Notes: generated by a model not told the origin, from the letters alone. 64,000 nt of DNA from an uncultured Candidatus Binatia bacterium (GCA_965200965.1 OZ241744.1:1280001-1344000), one strand, 5' to 3'; positions 9,826 to 21,672 are shown, counted from the first letter of the stretch. Translations and numbers: made by a program.

Positions 9826-10599
9826 GTGCGAACATGGCTGCTCAGCGGGATATGGCTCGGTCTGGGACTCCTGGGGCTGCCCGGGGCCGAGGCTCAGGAT
9901 CGGATGAGTCGGGGCATGGGCTACGAAGAGACCATGCGCTGGAGCGAAGCGGTCTCTGAGTACACAGAGTTGCTCAAGGAACAGCCCGAGCACATCGAAG
10001 CGCGCTACCGTCTGGGCGTGGTGTATGAAAAGCTGGGCGTAATTGACACCGCCCTGAACTGGTACCGGGAGGTCTTGAACCACACGCCCGATCATGCAGG
10101 TGCCCGCACCGCCCTGGCCGGCTACTATGTAAAGCGAGGGGCAGAGCTGCGGCGCAACAAGAAGCCGGTTGAGGCCGCCCGGGCGTTTCAGCAGGCCCTA
10201 CACTACGAGCCAGACTCGGCCTCGGTCCATTTTGAGTTGGGTCAGGAGTTGCTCAAAACCGGCCAACAGGACGAGGCGCTTGCAGCCTATCAAGAGGCCC
10301 TTCGGCTTGAGCCGGACATGAGCGCAGCCCATAACCAGCTGGCCAGGGTGTATACCGATAAGGGCCTGTATCAAGAGGCCCGGCAAGCGTATGAAGAGGT
10401 CGTCCGGTTCAACCCGGACGACCCGGAAGCCCATCATGGCCTGGGTGTGGTGTATAGCAAATTGGGCCAACGCGACGAGGCGATTGCTACCCTGGAGAAA
10501 TCGTGGAAGGGCTATTTGAAGCTTGGCCGCCGTGACTTGGCCCGGCCGGCGTTTGAGCTCCAGAAAAAGTTGATGGCCGAACGCCTAGCCGACCAATAA
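9826..10599 (+). CDS. Exported TPR-repeat protein
   Basis: Signal peptide plus repeated A.Y.LG..Y...G....A motifs. Confidence 0.85.
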   Translation: MRTWLLSGIWLGLGLLGLPGAEAQDRMSRGMGYEETMRWSEAVSEYTELLKEQPEHIEARYRLGVVYEKLGVIDTALNWYREVLNHTPDHAGARTALAGYYVKRGAELRRNKKPVEAARAFQQALHYEPDSASVHFELGQELLKTGQQDEALAAYQEALRLEPDMSAAHNQLARVYTDKGLYQEARQAYEEVVRFNPDDPEAHHGLGVVYSKLGQRDEAIATLEKSWKGYLKLGRRDLARPAFELQKKLMAERLADQ

Positions 10600-10603
10600 C
10601 AGA

Positions 10604-11404
10604 CTAGGGCACGCGCAGAGCCGGCAGCAGAGTCCGGCACAGCCGGGTAATGGTCCGGGCAACCGTGGCTCGGACACGCCCTAGGGCGAGCAGGCCGGGC
10701 AGAGAACGGGGGTGGGTCAGAAGCCGGGAGGCCGCCTTGAGGGGGCGGATATCGCCCTCGGGTGTGGTTAGCCCTGTGACAGCCGGCAAGGACATCCCGA
10801 GCGGATCGAGAATCACTCGCAAGGGCAAAAAAGGCAGCGCCCGGGCCTGGGCAAACGCGGCATGAACCCCGCTTTCCATCTCGACCGCAACCGCCCCGGT
10901 GTGTCTGCCGTGGCCGGCTTTTTCCTGGCTGCTGAGCAGCGCCCGCGGGCTGCTCAAGAGCGGTCCGTCTACCACAGCAATGTCGGCCCGCGCAGCCTCG
11001 GCCCGCGCTTGACCCAACAAACCGGGATGGGTGGCAAAGCGGTCGAGTTGCGACGGTGAACCGACTGTAGACATCCGCACCTCGGGTGCCAGCACGAGTT
11101 GGCCCGAAACCAGTTCCGTCCGCAGCGCCCCGGCACAGCCGACGGACACCACGGCCAACAAGGGCGTATCCCAAAATCGCTCAAGGGCGAGCCGTGTCCG
11201 GTACGGGCCAACCCCGCCGGTCATGACCACCACCTCGTGTTGACCCGCCCTTCCCCGCCACACCCGTTTGTCTTCGCGCCTGAGCTGACGCAGGGCGACC
11301 AGCACAGCGTCACTCTCCCAGGACAGCGCGGTAAAAACGGCCAGGGGAAGTGTGTCGGGCATGGGCAGGGGCCAGAGGGTGCGGTCAATGCAGGCAGGTC
11401 TCAA
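10604..11404 (-). CDS. hpnG: Hopanoid-associated nucleoside phosphorylase (HpnG-like)
   Basis: GGVG, VSVGCAGAL, AVEMES. Downstream of hpnA/hpnB. Start may be the ATG at 11362. Confidence 0.75.
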   Translation of the reverse strand: MRPACIDRTLWPLPMPDTLPLAVFTALSWESDAVLVALRQLRREDKRVWRGRAGQHEVVVMTGGVGPYRTRLALERFWDTPLLAVVSVGCAGALRTELVSGQLVLAPEVRMSTVGSPSQLDRFATHPGLLGQARAEAARADIAVVDGPLLSSPRALLSSQEKAGHGRHTGAVAVEMESGVHAAFAQARALPFLPLRVILDPLGMSLPAVTGLTTPEGDIRPLKAASRLLTHPRSLPGLLALGRVRATVARTITRLCRTLLPALRVP

Positions 11405-11423
11405 CTGTGATACAGCGCTGCTG

Positions 11424-12650
11424 CTAGGTATCCCGCCAGCCGAGCCGCCGGCCGGTCCAGGAACGCAGGGCTGAATCGACCGTCATCGCCCCGTATAGGC
11501 TTCCCGCCAGCGGCAGCGTCCACACCCAGCACCGGGGTAGTTCAAAGAAACGAATGGCCGGCCAGTAGACAACTGCGCTCAGTAGCAGGGCTGCGCTGCC
11601 TTGGAGGCTGAGCACTAGGGCTCGCGTGTCCGCTCCGCCCCACAGCGCCCCGCCCACGCACCACACCGGGGGCAGCGCAAACAGCAGCCCTAAGCCAACG
11701 AGGGCACCAAGCAGACGCAGGGCCGAGTGGCCCAGCTCGGTAAAGGCGGTCCTACGCACCATCGTCCAGATTGTACGGAGTTCGCCGTACACGCGTAAGC
11801 TGCTGACCTCGGTTCGGCTCAGGCTCAAACGCACCGCCAGGGGGCAGCGTTTGACCCGCAGGGCCAGATTCAGGTCGTCAATACTCTCGCCTTTGATGCT
11901 GGCAAAGCCACCGATTTTTTCCAGGCCGGCGGCCCTCAGCAACACACACCCGCCGGCCGCGGCGGCAACCCGGTGGTGGGGACTGTTCACCCAGCGCATC
12001 GGATACAAAAGGCTGAAGAAAAAGACAAAGGGGGGAATCAGCAGACGCTCAGCCGGCGACACACATCGCAAACGGGCCATACGGCTGTTGAGGGCCAGCC
12101 CTGCCCACTCGCTCTCGGCAACCAGCCGCCGGACGGAACGCGGAGCGTGATGAATATCGGCGTCGGTCAACAGCACATAGTCGGGACGCGGCAGCGAATC
12201 CCGCGGCTGGGAGGGTGCAATTTCGGTCCCAGGACTGCCCAGACCACAGGCTGCCGCGGCCTGCTCAAGCGCCCAGACTTTTCCGGCCCAGCCGGGCGGG
12301 AGCGGAGCGCCGGAGACGGCGACCAGTCGGTGTGGGGTGTTGAGCCGGTGGCCTGTCTGACGGGCGATCGCAGCGCTTGCGTCGTCCGAACGATCATCAA
12401 CAACAAGAACCGTCAGTTGGCCGGGGTAGTCCTGTTGCAGCAGGGCCGGCAGGGTACGGGGTAAGAGCTCGGCTTCATTGCGGGCCGGTACCAGCACACA
12501 AACGGACGGCCAGCGGTCTGATTGCGCGTCCTCACAATCGGCCGGCTCATCCTCGCCGACCGGCTGAAAATCCCACGGACGAGCGGGATGGAGGAGAATG
12601 CCAAGCCACCCAAGAACCGAGACAGCGCCCAACAAGAGGAGAATATCCAA
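11424..12650 (-). CDS. hpnB: Hopene-associated GT2 glycosyltransferase
   Basis: VPARNEA, VDDRSDD, WAGKVWAL, TDADI, AAAGGC, WTMVRRTAFTEL. TTG start inferred. Confidence 0.85.
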   Translation of the reverse strand: MDILLLLGAVSVLGWLGILLHPARPWDFQPVGEDEPADCEDAQSDRWPSVCVLVPARNEAELLPRTLPALLQQDYPGQLTVLVVDDRSDDASAAIARQTGHRLNTPHRLVAVSGAPLPPGWAGKVWALEQAAAACGLGSPGTEIAPSQPRDSLPRPDYVLLTDADIHHAPRSVRRLVAESEWAGLALNSRMARLRCVSPAERLLIPPFVFFFSLLYPMRWVNSPHHRVAAAAGGCVLLRAAGLEKIGGFASIKGESIDDLNLALRVKRCPLAVRLSLSRTEVSSLRVYGELRTIWTMVRRTAFTELGHSALRLLGALVGLGLLFALPPVWCVGGALWGGADTRALVLSLQGSAALLLSAVVYWPAIRFFELPRCWVWTLPLAGSLYGAMTVDSALRSWTGRRLGWRDT

Positions 12651-12660
12651 GGCCCGCCCT

Positions 12661-13650
12661 CTATGTGATATAGCCAAACTGCCGAAACCAGGACACCGCT
12701 TTGCGCAGCGCCTCACGGACCGGGGTCTGGGGTAAGCCCAGTTCCTCGATCGCCTTGCTCGCATTAAAAAACATCTTCTTCCTGCTCAGTTGTACCCCAA
12801 CCGGGGGAATTGAGGGTTCACGGCCGGGGATCAGCCGCGCCAGCGCCGCATCTGCGTAGGCCGCTCCAAGGGCCAGCGCATACGGAACCTTGAACCCGGG
12901 GGCGGGCCGCCCGGTCAGCTCAGACAACAGCTCCAAGATCTGCCGCAGGCTCAGGTTCTCGTGGCCCAGAATATACTTTTCGCCTATCTGACCTTTCTCG
13001 GCCGCCAGCAGATGGCCCTCGGCCACATCTTCGACATCAACGAGGTTAAGCCCGGTATCAACATAGCCCAGCATCCGCCCGTTCAAAAAATCGACGATCA
13101 GTCGTCCGGTCGGCGTGGGTTTGAGGTCGCCGAGCCCGACCGGGGTACTGGGGTTGACAATCACCACCGGCACGCCCCGGCCGGCGTAGCGCAGGGCGAC
13201 TTGTTCGGCCAGAAATTTACTCCGCTTATAGTGGCCGAGCATATCGGCCAAGGACACCGGCGTATCCTCTCGGCCCGGGCTGCCATCCCCGACACAGCCC
13301 AGCGTTGCCACAGAGCTGGTATACACAATTCTCTCTATGCCGCATTCCTCAGCCGCCCGAAGAACGTGTTCGGTTCCGGTTACATTGCTGTCATACATCT
13401 CTTGCCGATGGCGGACCCACAGCTTGTAGAGGGCCGCCACATGGTAGACCCGGGCGCAGCCAGCCGTTGCCCGACGGACCGCATCAAGGTCGCGCAGGTC
13501 GCCAGCAACAGTCTCCAGGGGCAGCTCGGCCAGCAGGCGACGGTCGGCCCCAGGCCGGACCAGGGCCCGCACCTCGTGTCCGGCCTTGACTAAGGCACGG
13601 GCAACGATTCCGCCCACGAAACCGCTCGCTCCGGTCACCAGCACACGCAT
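12661..13650 (-). CDS. hpnA: Hopanoid-associated sugar epimerase
   Basis: TGASGFVG, HVAALY, YKRSK, KPTPTG, DTGLNLVDV. Confidence 0.85.
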   Translation of the reverse strand: MRVLVTGASGFVGGIVARALVKAGHEVRALVRPGADRRLLAELPLETVAGDLRDLDAVRRATAGCARVYHVAALYKLWVRHRQEMYDSNVTGTEHVLRAAEECGIERIVYTSSVATLGCVGDGSPGREDTPVSLADMLGHYKRSKFLAEQVALRYAGRGVPVVIVNPSTPVGLGDLKPTPTGRLIVDFLNGRMLGYVDTGLNLVDVEDVAEGHLLAAEKGQIGEKYILGHENLSLRQILELLSELTGRPAPGFKVPYALALGAAYADAALARLIPGREPSIPPVGVQLSRKKMFFNASKAIEELGLPQTPVREALRKAVSWFRQFGYIT

Positions 13651-13793
13651 AGTCCCCTCCCCTAGAGGGCTTTGAGCGGGGAGTCAAGAGGCCGGGGCGG
13701 CTTGGTGAGGCGCACATTTTCCACGATCCACACTAGGTTCAGTCTGTCTTTTCTGGTATCTACAAGCAGACGCCTTAATGAAGGAGGAAACTC

Positions 13794-14117
13794 ATGGCTG
13801 AGGTGACGCATGTGTCTGATGAGAACTTTGATGCGGAGGTGCTGCAATCTGAGCTGCCGGTGCTGCTTGACCTGTGGGCACCCTGGTGTGGGCCGTGCAA
13901 GGCTATTGCCCCGACCGTCGAAGCCCTGGCCGGCGAGTACGCCGGGAAACTCAAGGTCGTCAAGCTAAATGTGGACGACAACCCCAAAACCCCGGCCAAC
14001 TACAATGTCCGGGGTATTCCCAACCTGATTCTGTTCAAGGCTGGGGAGGTCCAGGAGCAGATTGTGGGGGCTGTGCCTCGGGCCAAGCTTGAAGCGGCGA
14101 TTAAAAGCCTCGTCTAG
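13794..14117 (+). CDS. trxA: Thioredoxin
   Basis: WCGPC, GIP, strong RBS. Confidence 0.95.
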   Translation: MAEVTHVSDENFDAEVLQSELPVLLDLWAPWCGPCKAIAPTVEALAGEYAGKLKVVKLNVDDNPKTPANYNVRGIPNLILFKAGEVQEQIVGAVPRAKLEAAIKSLV

Positions 14118-15218
14118 TCAGAAGATCGCGCGCCTGGTACTCACATTGAGGGCTAGGCCGATCGCGACCATGACGGTTGACAGGGCCGACCCGCCATAGC
14201 TGACCAGGGGCAGGGGGATGCCGACCACCGGCAGGAGCCCGATATTCATCCCGATATTAAACAGGGTCGGCCAAAAGATGAGTGCCGCCGCCCCAACCGC
14301 GATCAGCGAGCCAAAACGGTCTCGGGCCCGCCGGGCGATGACCAGCAGCCGGATCAACACCAGTCCATACAGGACCAGCAGGCCGACTGCTCCGACAAAG
14401 CCCCACTCTTCGGCAAACACAGCAAACACAAAATCGGTATGGGTCTCGGGCAGAAAATCGAGCCGGTTCTGGGTGCTCTGCAAAAAGCCTTTGCCCCACA
14501 CCATGCCCGAGCCGACCGAGATGGTAGACTGCAACAGATGGTAGCCCGTGCCCAGCGGATCGCGACCCGGGTCAAGAAATGAGACAACCCGCTCTTTCTG
14601 GTAGGGTTGTATCACGAAGGACCACAGCAGCCACAGGCTCGCGCCCAAGAGCATGCCCAACAGGCTCAGCGCGCCCCAGCGTAGCCCCGCGGCAAAGCTC
14701 AGGCTGACAAACAGGAGGACGAACAAGACGACCGTGCCAAGGTTGGGCTGGTACAGGACCAGGGTGGCCGGAATGAGCACCAGGAGGGCGGGGAAGCATA
14801 GATCGCGCAGGACGTAGCCGTTCTGCGGCGCATAGCGGTGGAAAAAGTGGGCAATCACCAGCAGGAGGGCGATTTTGGTGAACTCGGACGGCTGAACAGA
14901 CACCGGACCAAAAACAAGCCAGCGCTGTGCCCCACCCCCAACGGAGCCGATCAGCAACACGAGGGCCAGGAGCGCGAGAGCGCCCGCATACAGCGGATAG
15001 GCCCAGGTTTCAAAACGGTGATAATCAATGCCAGACCCCACCGCCATGCCAATGCAGCCCAGCCCGATCCATAGCAACTGACGGACAAAGGTGGGGCTGA
15101 GTTGGGTACTGCCGGTATAGGTCGCGCTGTACACGGCCAGCACGCCAATAGCGAGCACCAGGAGCGTTAACAAGAGCAGTGGCCATTCAAAATGGGTGAG
15201 AAGCCGCCGGTCAAACAC
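14118..15218 (-). CDS. rodA: Rod shape-determining protein RodA
   Basis: GAQRW, QPSEF, GYHLLQS, LPETHTDF, SYGGS. GTG start at 15218. Confidence 0.95.
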   Translation of the reverse strand: MFDRRLLTHFEWPLLLLTLLVLAIGVLAVYSATYTGSTQLSPTFVRQLLWIGLGCIGMAVGSGIDYHRFETWAYPLYAGALALLALVLLIGSVGGGAQRWLVFGPVSVQPSEFTKIALLLVIAHFFHRYAPQNGYVLRDLCFPALLVLIPATLVLYQPNLGTVVLFVLLFVSLSFAAGLRWGALSLLGMLLGASLWLLWSFVIQPYQKERVVSFLDPGRDPLGTGYHLLQSTISVGSGMVWGKGFLQSTQNRLDFLPETHTDFVFAVFAEEWGFVGAVGLLVLYGLVLIRLLVIARRARDRFGSLIAVGAAALIFWPTLFNIGMNIGLLPVVGIPLPLVSYGGSALSTVMVAIGLALNVSTRRAIF

Positions 15219-17052
15219 CTGCCCCCGCCTTCCGTTGCCGGGCCGAGGAAAAATACGCGCTGAGGACGCGCTGGACCACGGGCGCGGCCGCCTTCCCCCC
15301 TCCAAGGCCAGCGTGTTCAAGAAGACACACGACTGCTATCTGGGGCGCGTCGGCAGGCGCGAAGGCCATAAACCAGGCGTGATCGCGAAAGTGACGGGGA
15401 ACCTGCTGACTGCTCCCGCCGCGGCCGCTGATGGCCTGGGCTGTGCCGGTCTTGCCGGCAACGCGGATGCTTGGCGTCTGGGCCCGTCTCCCGGTTCCAG
15501 AGGCTTGATGGACGACATCAATCATCCCGTCGGTGATTACCTGCAGATGCTCGGCGGCAACTCCGGTCTGCCTGACGGCGTCGGGTGTCTGGCTCTCGAC
15601 CACCCGTCCATCGGTGGCAATGACCTGTTTGACAAGGAAGGGACGGTAGACGGTCCCGCCGTTGGCCACCGCGGCGGCTACCGCGGCCATTTGGAGCGGC
15701 GTTGCCGTGACATACCCCTGGCCGATCACGACCGAAATGGTCTCCCCCAGATACCACGGCTCCCCGACCTGTCGCTGCTTCCAGGCCGGGTCTGGAATAA
15801 TCCCACCGGCTTCATAGGCGAGTCCGATCCCGAGCGGCTCATCCAGACCAAAACGCCGGGCATAGTCGGCGAGGGTCTGAATGCCGAGCTGGCGGCCGAG
15901 TTGGTAGAAGTAGACATCGCACGACTCGGCCAGCGCCCGGCGGAGGTCCACGCTGCCGTGCCCGCCTTGCCGCCAGCACCGGAACCGACGCCCTGCCACC
16001 TGGAGGGAGCCCGGGCAGTAGACGCGGGTGTCGGGGGTGACCACGCCCTCTGAGAGTGCCGCCGCGGCGCTGATCAGCTTGAAGGTAGAAGCCGGCGGAT
16101 ACTGGCCCTGAATGGCTCTGTTTGTCAAAGGATGGAGTTGGTCGGCGCGTAAGGCCGTCCACTCTTCGTCCCGAACCCCACGGGCAAAAACGTTGGGATC
16201 AAATGTCGGGGCGCTGGCCAGGGCGAGCACCTCACCGCTGGACACGTCTAGGGCGACCACCGCGCCAGGCCTTCCGTCCAGTGCATCTTCGGCCTCGTGT
16301 TGCAGCTCAAGGTCAATGGTGAGAACGAGGCTGTGACCGGTCTGCGCCGGCACCTCTTCAAGCGTCGCCAAGTGTTTCCCGTTGGCGTTGACCTCGATCT
16401 GCTGTCCGCCGCTCCGTCCCCGCAGGGCCGCGTCCCAGGTTTTTTCGACCCCGAACTTTCCGATGATATCGCCACGCCGATAGTCGGCCGACTGGTCTAG
16501 CTCGCGCTGACTGACCTCGCCGACATAGCCCAAAAGGTGGGCGGCCAGATTCCCCCTGGTGTAGGCGCGCTTGGAACGCGCCTCAATGCTGACCCCGGGC
16601 AGGTCGTAGTGATGGGACTCGACCGCCAGCATGACCGGCCAGGCAACGTCCCGCGCTACGACGAGCCCCGCGTCGGCAGGCCGGCGCGAGTCGTTGAGCC
16701 AGCGACGCCCGTCCGGCAGGAGATGACCAACGGGCAGATAGCCGGCCAGCGCGTCGAGAGTCCGGTCCACATCGGGTGTATATTCGGGCCAGAGCACGAC
16801 ATCAAAGGAGGGCTGGTTATCAACCAGTGGCCGTCCGAGGCGATCATACAGATTGCCCCGCACCGCGGGGATGCGCTGGAAGCGCAGGCGGTTGCGCGCA
16901 GACCGCTCTCGGAAGTTCTCGCCCTCTTCCAGTTGCAGAAACCACAGACGAGAGAGCAACAGGACCAGCAGGCCGCACATGACAGTGCCCAGTACGCTTA
17001 GGCGAGACACCGCGATGCTGGGGGTATCAAACAGATTGGAAGGGCTGGCCAT
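15211..17052 (-). CDS. mrdA: Penicillin-binding protein 2
   Basis: RG.LYDR, STFK, SCD, KTGTAQ. Confidence 0.95.
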   Translation of the reverse strand: MASPSNLFDTPSIAVSRLSVLGTVMCGLLVLLLSRLWFLQLEEGENFRERSARNRLRFQRIPAVRGNLYDRLGRPLVDNQPSFDVVLWPEYTPDVDRTLDALAGYLPVGHLLPDGRRWLNDSRRPADAGLVVARDVAWPVMLAVESHHYDLPGVSIEARSKRAYTRGNLAAHLLGYVGEVSQRELDQSADYRRGDIIGKFGVEKTWDAALRGRSGGQQIEVNANGKHLATLEEVPAQTGHSLVLTIDLELQHEAEDALDGRPGAVVALDVSSGEVLALASAPTFDPNVFARGVRDEEWTALRADQLHPLTNRAIQGQYPPASTFKLISAAAALSEGVVTPDTRVYCPGSLQVAGRRFRCWRQGGHGSVDLRRALAESCDVYFYQLGRQLGIQTLADYARRFGLDEPLGIGLAYEAGGIIPDPAWKQRQVGEPWYLGETISVVIGQGYVTATPLQMAAVAAAVANGGTVYRPFLVKQVIATDGRVVESQTPDAVRQTGVAAEHLQVITDGMIDVVHQASGTGRRAQTPSIRVAGKTGTAQAISGRGGSSQQVPRHFRDHAWFMAFAPADAPQIAVVCLLEHAGLGGGKAAAPVVQRVLSAYFSSARQRKAGAGV

Positions 17053-17058
17053 CGTTCT

Positions 17059-17664
17059 TTACTCGTTCAAAGGTGAATCGTCTTGTCTTCCTCTCGTCCG
17101 GTTAGGACGGTTCATCTTCAGTGGCTGGCGAGGGGCCAGCAGGGTAAAAACAAGCGGGGTCAGCAGCATGGTCAGGGCCGCGTCCCACGCGACCGAGCTG
17201 AGCTCCAGCCCGGACACTTCAGAGGCCAACGGTCCCAGCCGGCTGAGGCTGAACAGGGTGAGGGTTTTCAAGCCGATGGCCAGCAGAACCAAGCCAAGGA
17301 CGGACACGGGGTTGCTGAGCCACAGACCGCGGGACACGAGGACAACCGCGGCAAATACGACGCTCAGGGCGGCGGCGTGCCGGCCGGCCGGCATACCCGA
17401 ACCGCTGTCGAACAGGTAGCCCAGGAAGAAGACGACGGCCGCCCCGCCGGCCGAAGGATGGGAGAGGACGATGTAGACACACAGAATGAGAAGAATATCG
17501 GGGACAAGCGAAAAGCGGGGGAAAATACTGGTCTGCAAGACAACAACGCTGAAGCCGGTCAGCGCCAGGACACTGAGGGGGCGATCAGGAATCCCTTCAC
17601 TGTCGGGCCTGGTGGGAGCCACCAATGGTGACCAGAACCTCTTCCAGCTTGGCAAATTCAACAT
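17059..17664 (-). CDS. mreD: Rod shape-determining protein MreD; true start probably further downstream
   Basis: Hydrophobic protein with PDIL and GYLFD..SG. Lies between mreC and mrdA. Confidence 0.75.
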   Translation of the reverse strand: MLNLPSWKRFWSPLVAPTRPDSEGIPDRPLSVLALTGFSVVVLQTSIFPRFSLVPDILLILCVYIVLSHPSAGGAAVVFFLGYLFDSGSGMPAGRHAAALSVVFAAVVLVSRGLWLSNPVSVLGLVLLAIGLKTLTLFSLSRLGPLASEVSGLELSSVAWDAALTMLLTPLVFTLLAPRQPLKMNRPNRTRGRQDDSPLNE

Positions 17665-18430
17665 TCAGCCCCACCTCCACGTCCTCAAACATCTCTCCGC
17701 CCTGCGTTCCAATCCGGATGATACTGCCGAGGGGATACCCTTTGGGAAATATGCCTTCCAGCCCAGAGGCAAGCAACACATCACCGACCCGGATATCGGC
17801 TCCTTTAGACACATACTTGAGTCGGGCCTGTCCATTCCCGGTCCCAACGACGACACCTCGCTCGCGTGTCCGCTGTACAAAAGTGTCAATTCCACTGCTC
17901 GGGTCAGGGGCCAGCAGGACCCATGCGGTATGGGTGGTGGTAGCAAAGATCCGTCCGACCACCCCCGCAGGAGCCAGCACCGCCAAGTCTTTTTTCATGC
18001 CACTTTGCACGCCTTTATCAAGGACAAGACGGTCGCCCCACGGCCCACGGCTACGGCCAACCACCCGCGCCGCAACCGTCGGGACCTCGGTTTTGGCCTG
18101 GAGCTCGAGAAGACGCCGGAGGCGTTGGTTGGCCAGTTCCATTTCGCTCAACCGCCGGACGTGCTGTTCCAGATCTTCCATCTTTTGGCGGAGCATCTCA
18201 TTCTCCCGACGAACGGAGCGCAGGTCAAAGTACTGATCCCAGACCTGCTCAACACTATGGGCGATCGTCGTCAGGCCAAGCTGAAATGGAAGCATGGCCT
18301 CGAGTAAGAGTGCACCGACCGGATCAGGCTGAGCCGCAGCGCGGCTATTGAGCACGGCCAACACCACAGCAATGGCCAGGAAAAATCCCCATGACAGAAA
18401 AACCTTGTGCTGACGGATCCAAACATACAT
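17597..18430 (-). CDS. mreC: Rod shape-determining protein MreC
   Basis: TM plus coiled coil (EN..LR), LDKG, GVVGRI, SGLEGIFPKG. Confidence 0.92.
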   Translation of the reverse strand: MYVWIRQHKVFLSWGFFLAIAVVLAVLNSRAAAQPDPVGALLLEAMLPFQLGLTTIAHSVEQVWDQYFDLRSVRRENEMLRQKMEDLEQHVRRLSEMELANQRLRRLLELQAKTEVPTVAARVVGRSRGPWGDRLVLDKGVQSGMKKDLAVLAPAGVVGRIFATTTHTAWVLLAPDPSSGIDTFVQRTRERGVVVGTGNGQARLKYVSKGADIRVGDVLLASGLEGIFPKGYPLGSIIRIGTQGGEMFEDVEVGLNVEFAKLEEVLVTIGGSHQARQ

Positions 18431-18462
18431 AGCAGGTCGCTCAGTCAATGCGGTGTCTGGGG

Positions 18463-19494
<1,032 letters not shown>

Positions 19495-19707
19495 TTATTC
19501 CTTGGACGACAACACCTTGGAGAGCAGGAGAGCCAGTACCTTATTAGCAAAATCAACTCCGAGGATCAAGTCTCACCCGTATAAAACATTTTTCTGTAAG
19601 CGGTCTTTGCAGGGTCTGGCCCGGCAGGTCAGTCTGTTTCGACACGCATGGACAAATCATAACGCTGTATCATAATGTAGGCTACGGAGAGCACAAAGGA
19701 GACAGGC

Positions 19708-21624
19708 ATGCTGGACTTCATGCGACGACGGACTCGCTCAATCGGGGTTAAAATCCTGTTTGGAATCATTGCTCTCGTCTTCATTTTCTGGGGAGTCGGG
19801 GGACAGAATGAGGGCCAAGCCATTGATGCGGTCGCCACGGTTGATGACCATCCGATATCGGCCCGAGACTTTCGGCGCGCCTACGAAAATGTCCAGGCGG
19901 CCTATCGTAACATCTACAAGGAGAAGTGGAACCCGGAACTGGTCCAGACCCTGAACCTCAAAGACCAGACCCTCCAGCAGTTGATCGACATGCGGCTCAT
20001 GGTGGCTGAGGCGCACCGGATCGGGATGACGGTCAGCGACGACGAGGTCCGCGCCTCAATTGCCAAGCTCCCCGCCTTCCAGGCCTACGGCTCGTTCAGC
20101 CCTGAGCGCTATCGACAGGTGTTGCGCAGGTTTCGGATGACGCCCCGCGAGTTTGAAGACGACCAGCGCGCCCAACTGCTGACCGAAAAGTTCCGGGCCT
20201 TCATTCTCAGCACAGTCCAGGTCTCGGAGGATGAACTGCAAGACCTCTTCGCCTCGCGTCAGGACAGGGTCAATCTGCGGTTCGCCAAAATCAACTCGGC
20301 GGCGCTGTTCGACGAGGTGTCGGCCGAAACCGACAGCCTCCGAGACTTCTACAACACTCACAGAGAGTCTTTTCGACAGCCAGAACGGGTCCGCTTTTCG
20401 TATCTGGCCTACCCGGACAATCACTTTCGTTCAGACCTCACGGTCTCGGCCCAAGACATCGAAGCCGTATATCAGCGGGACAAGGACACCCGCTTTGTGA
20501 CACCGGAACGGGTCAGGGCGCGACATATCTTGTTAGGTCTTGAGCCACACGCAAGCGAAGAAGAGAAGACCGTGGTTCGGATGGCGGCGATCGCGCTGCT
20601 CGAGCAGGTCCGCGAGGGTGCCGACTTCGCCGCCCTCGCCCAAGAGCACTCCGACGATACGCAGACTGGCACCAAAGGTGGCGATTTGGGCTACTTGAGC
20701 CGTGGCGCAATGGTCAAGCCGTTTGAGGACGCGGCCTTCAGCCTCGCTGTTGGTGAGGTCAGCGAGCCGGTCGAAACCGAGTTTGGCTTCCACATTATCC
20801 AGCTAGACGATAAACAGCCTGCCCAGCCGCGTCCGCTCGACGAGGTGCGCGACGAGATCCAACAGGAACTGACTGCCCGGCAGAGCCAGGAACGCGCCCG
20901 GCAGGCCGCCCGGGAAGACCGGCAGCGGCTTGAGGCGGACGCCTCGCTGGCCGACATTGCCGAGGCTCGCGGTCTGCAACTCGTCGAAAGTCCGTGGGTC
21001 AGCCGAAACGAAACGCTGCCCGACATCGGCTATCAACCGCAGATCCTGGTGGCCGCCTTCAACACCGAGCTCAACCAAGTCAGCGCACCGGTTGAGGTCG
21101 CCGAAACCACCTATCTCGTCCTGCCACACGAGAGGCAGCCGTCACGCCTGCCAGAGTTTGCCGAGGTGCAGGACGAGGTCGAGATCCGCTACAAGGCCGA
21201 GCGGGCCGAGGCTCTGGCCAGGCAAAAGGCCGAGGGCTGGCTGACACGCGTCACGCGGGACAAGTCTCTGGACCCGCTGGCCGAGGAGGAAAGCCTGGAG
21301 TTGGAAGAGACCGGAGAGTTCACACACCAGGGCAGCTATATTCCAAAGATCGGCAGCCTGCCGGCCCTGAAAAAAGCGGCCTTTCGGCTGACCGACGACA
21401 ATCCTATTGCCCCCGCCGTGTATGTCTGGGGCGGCAGCGCGTTTGTGGTCGAGCTGGTCGAATATATCCCGGCCAACATGGCAGAGTTCGAGCGAGAAAA
21501 AGACAGGCTCCGGCAAGAACTGATCGACCGCAAACAGGCTGAAGCGGACCAGGCATTTCTGCGGCATTTGAAAAAACACGCGGCCATCGAGATGAACCAA
21601 GCGGCCTTACTGCGTATTTCCTGA
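19708..21624 (+). CDS. ppiD: SurA N-domain / parvulin chaperone PpiD
   Basis: MLDFMR N-terminal TM, RARHILL, GGDLG, FGFHII. Confidence 0.9.
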   Translation: MLDFMRRRTRSIGVKILFGIIALVFIFWGVGGQNEGQAIDAVATVDDHPISARDFRRAYENVQAAYRNIYKEKWNPELVQTLNLKDQTLQQLIDMRLMVAEAHRIGMTVSDDEVRASIAKLPAFQAYGSFSPERYRQVLRRFRMTPREFEDDQRAQLLTEKFRAFILSTVQVSEDELQDLFASRQDRVNLRFAKINSAALFDEVSAETDSLRDFYNTHRESFRQPERVRFSYLAYPDNHFRSDLTVSAQDIEAVYQRDKDTRFVTPERVRARHILLGLEPHASEEEKTVVRMAAIALLEQVREGADFAALAQEHSDDTQTGTKGGDLGYLSRGAMVKPFEDAAFSLAVGEVSEPVETEFGFHIIQLDDKQPAQPRPLDEVRDEIQQELTARQSQERARQAAREDRQRLEADASLADIAEARGLQLVESPWVSRNETLPDIGYQPQILVAAFNTELNQVSAPVEVAETTYLVLPHERQPSRLPEFAEVQDEVEIRYKAERAEALARQKAEGWLTRVTRDKSLDPLAEEESLELEETGEFTHQGSYIPKIGSLPALKKAAFRLTDDNPIAPAVYVWGGSAFVVELVEYIPANMAEFEREKDRLRQELIDRKQAEADQAFLRHLKKHAAIEMNQAALLRIS

Positions 21625-21672
21625 CAGCGGAACAGTGATGGTCGTCTTGGTGTCCCCCACAGGAGGTCTTGT

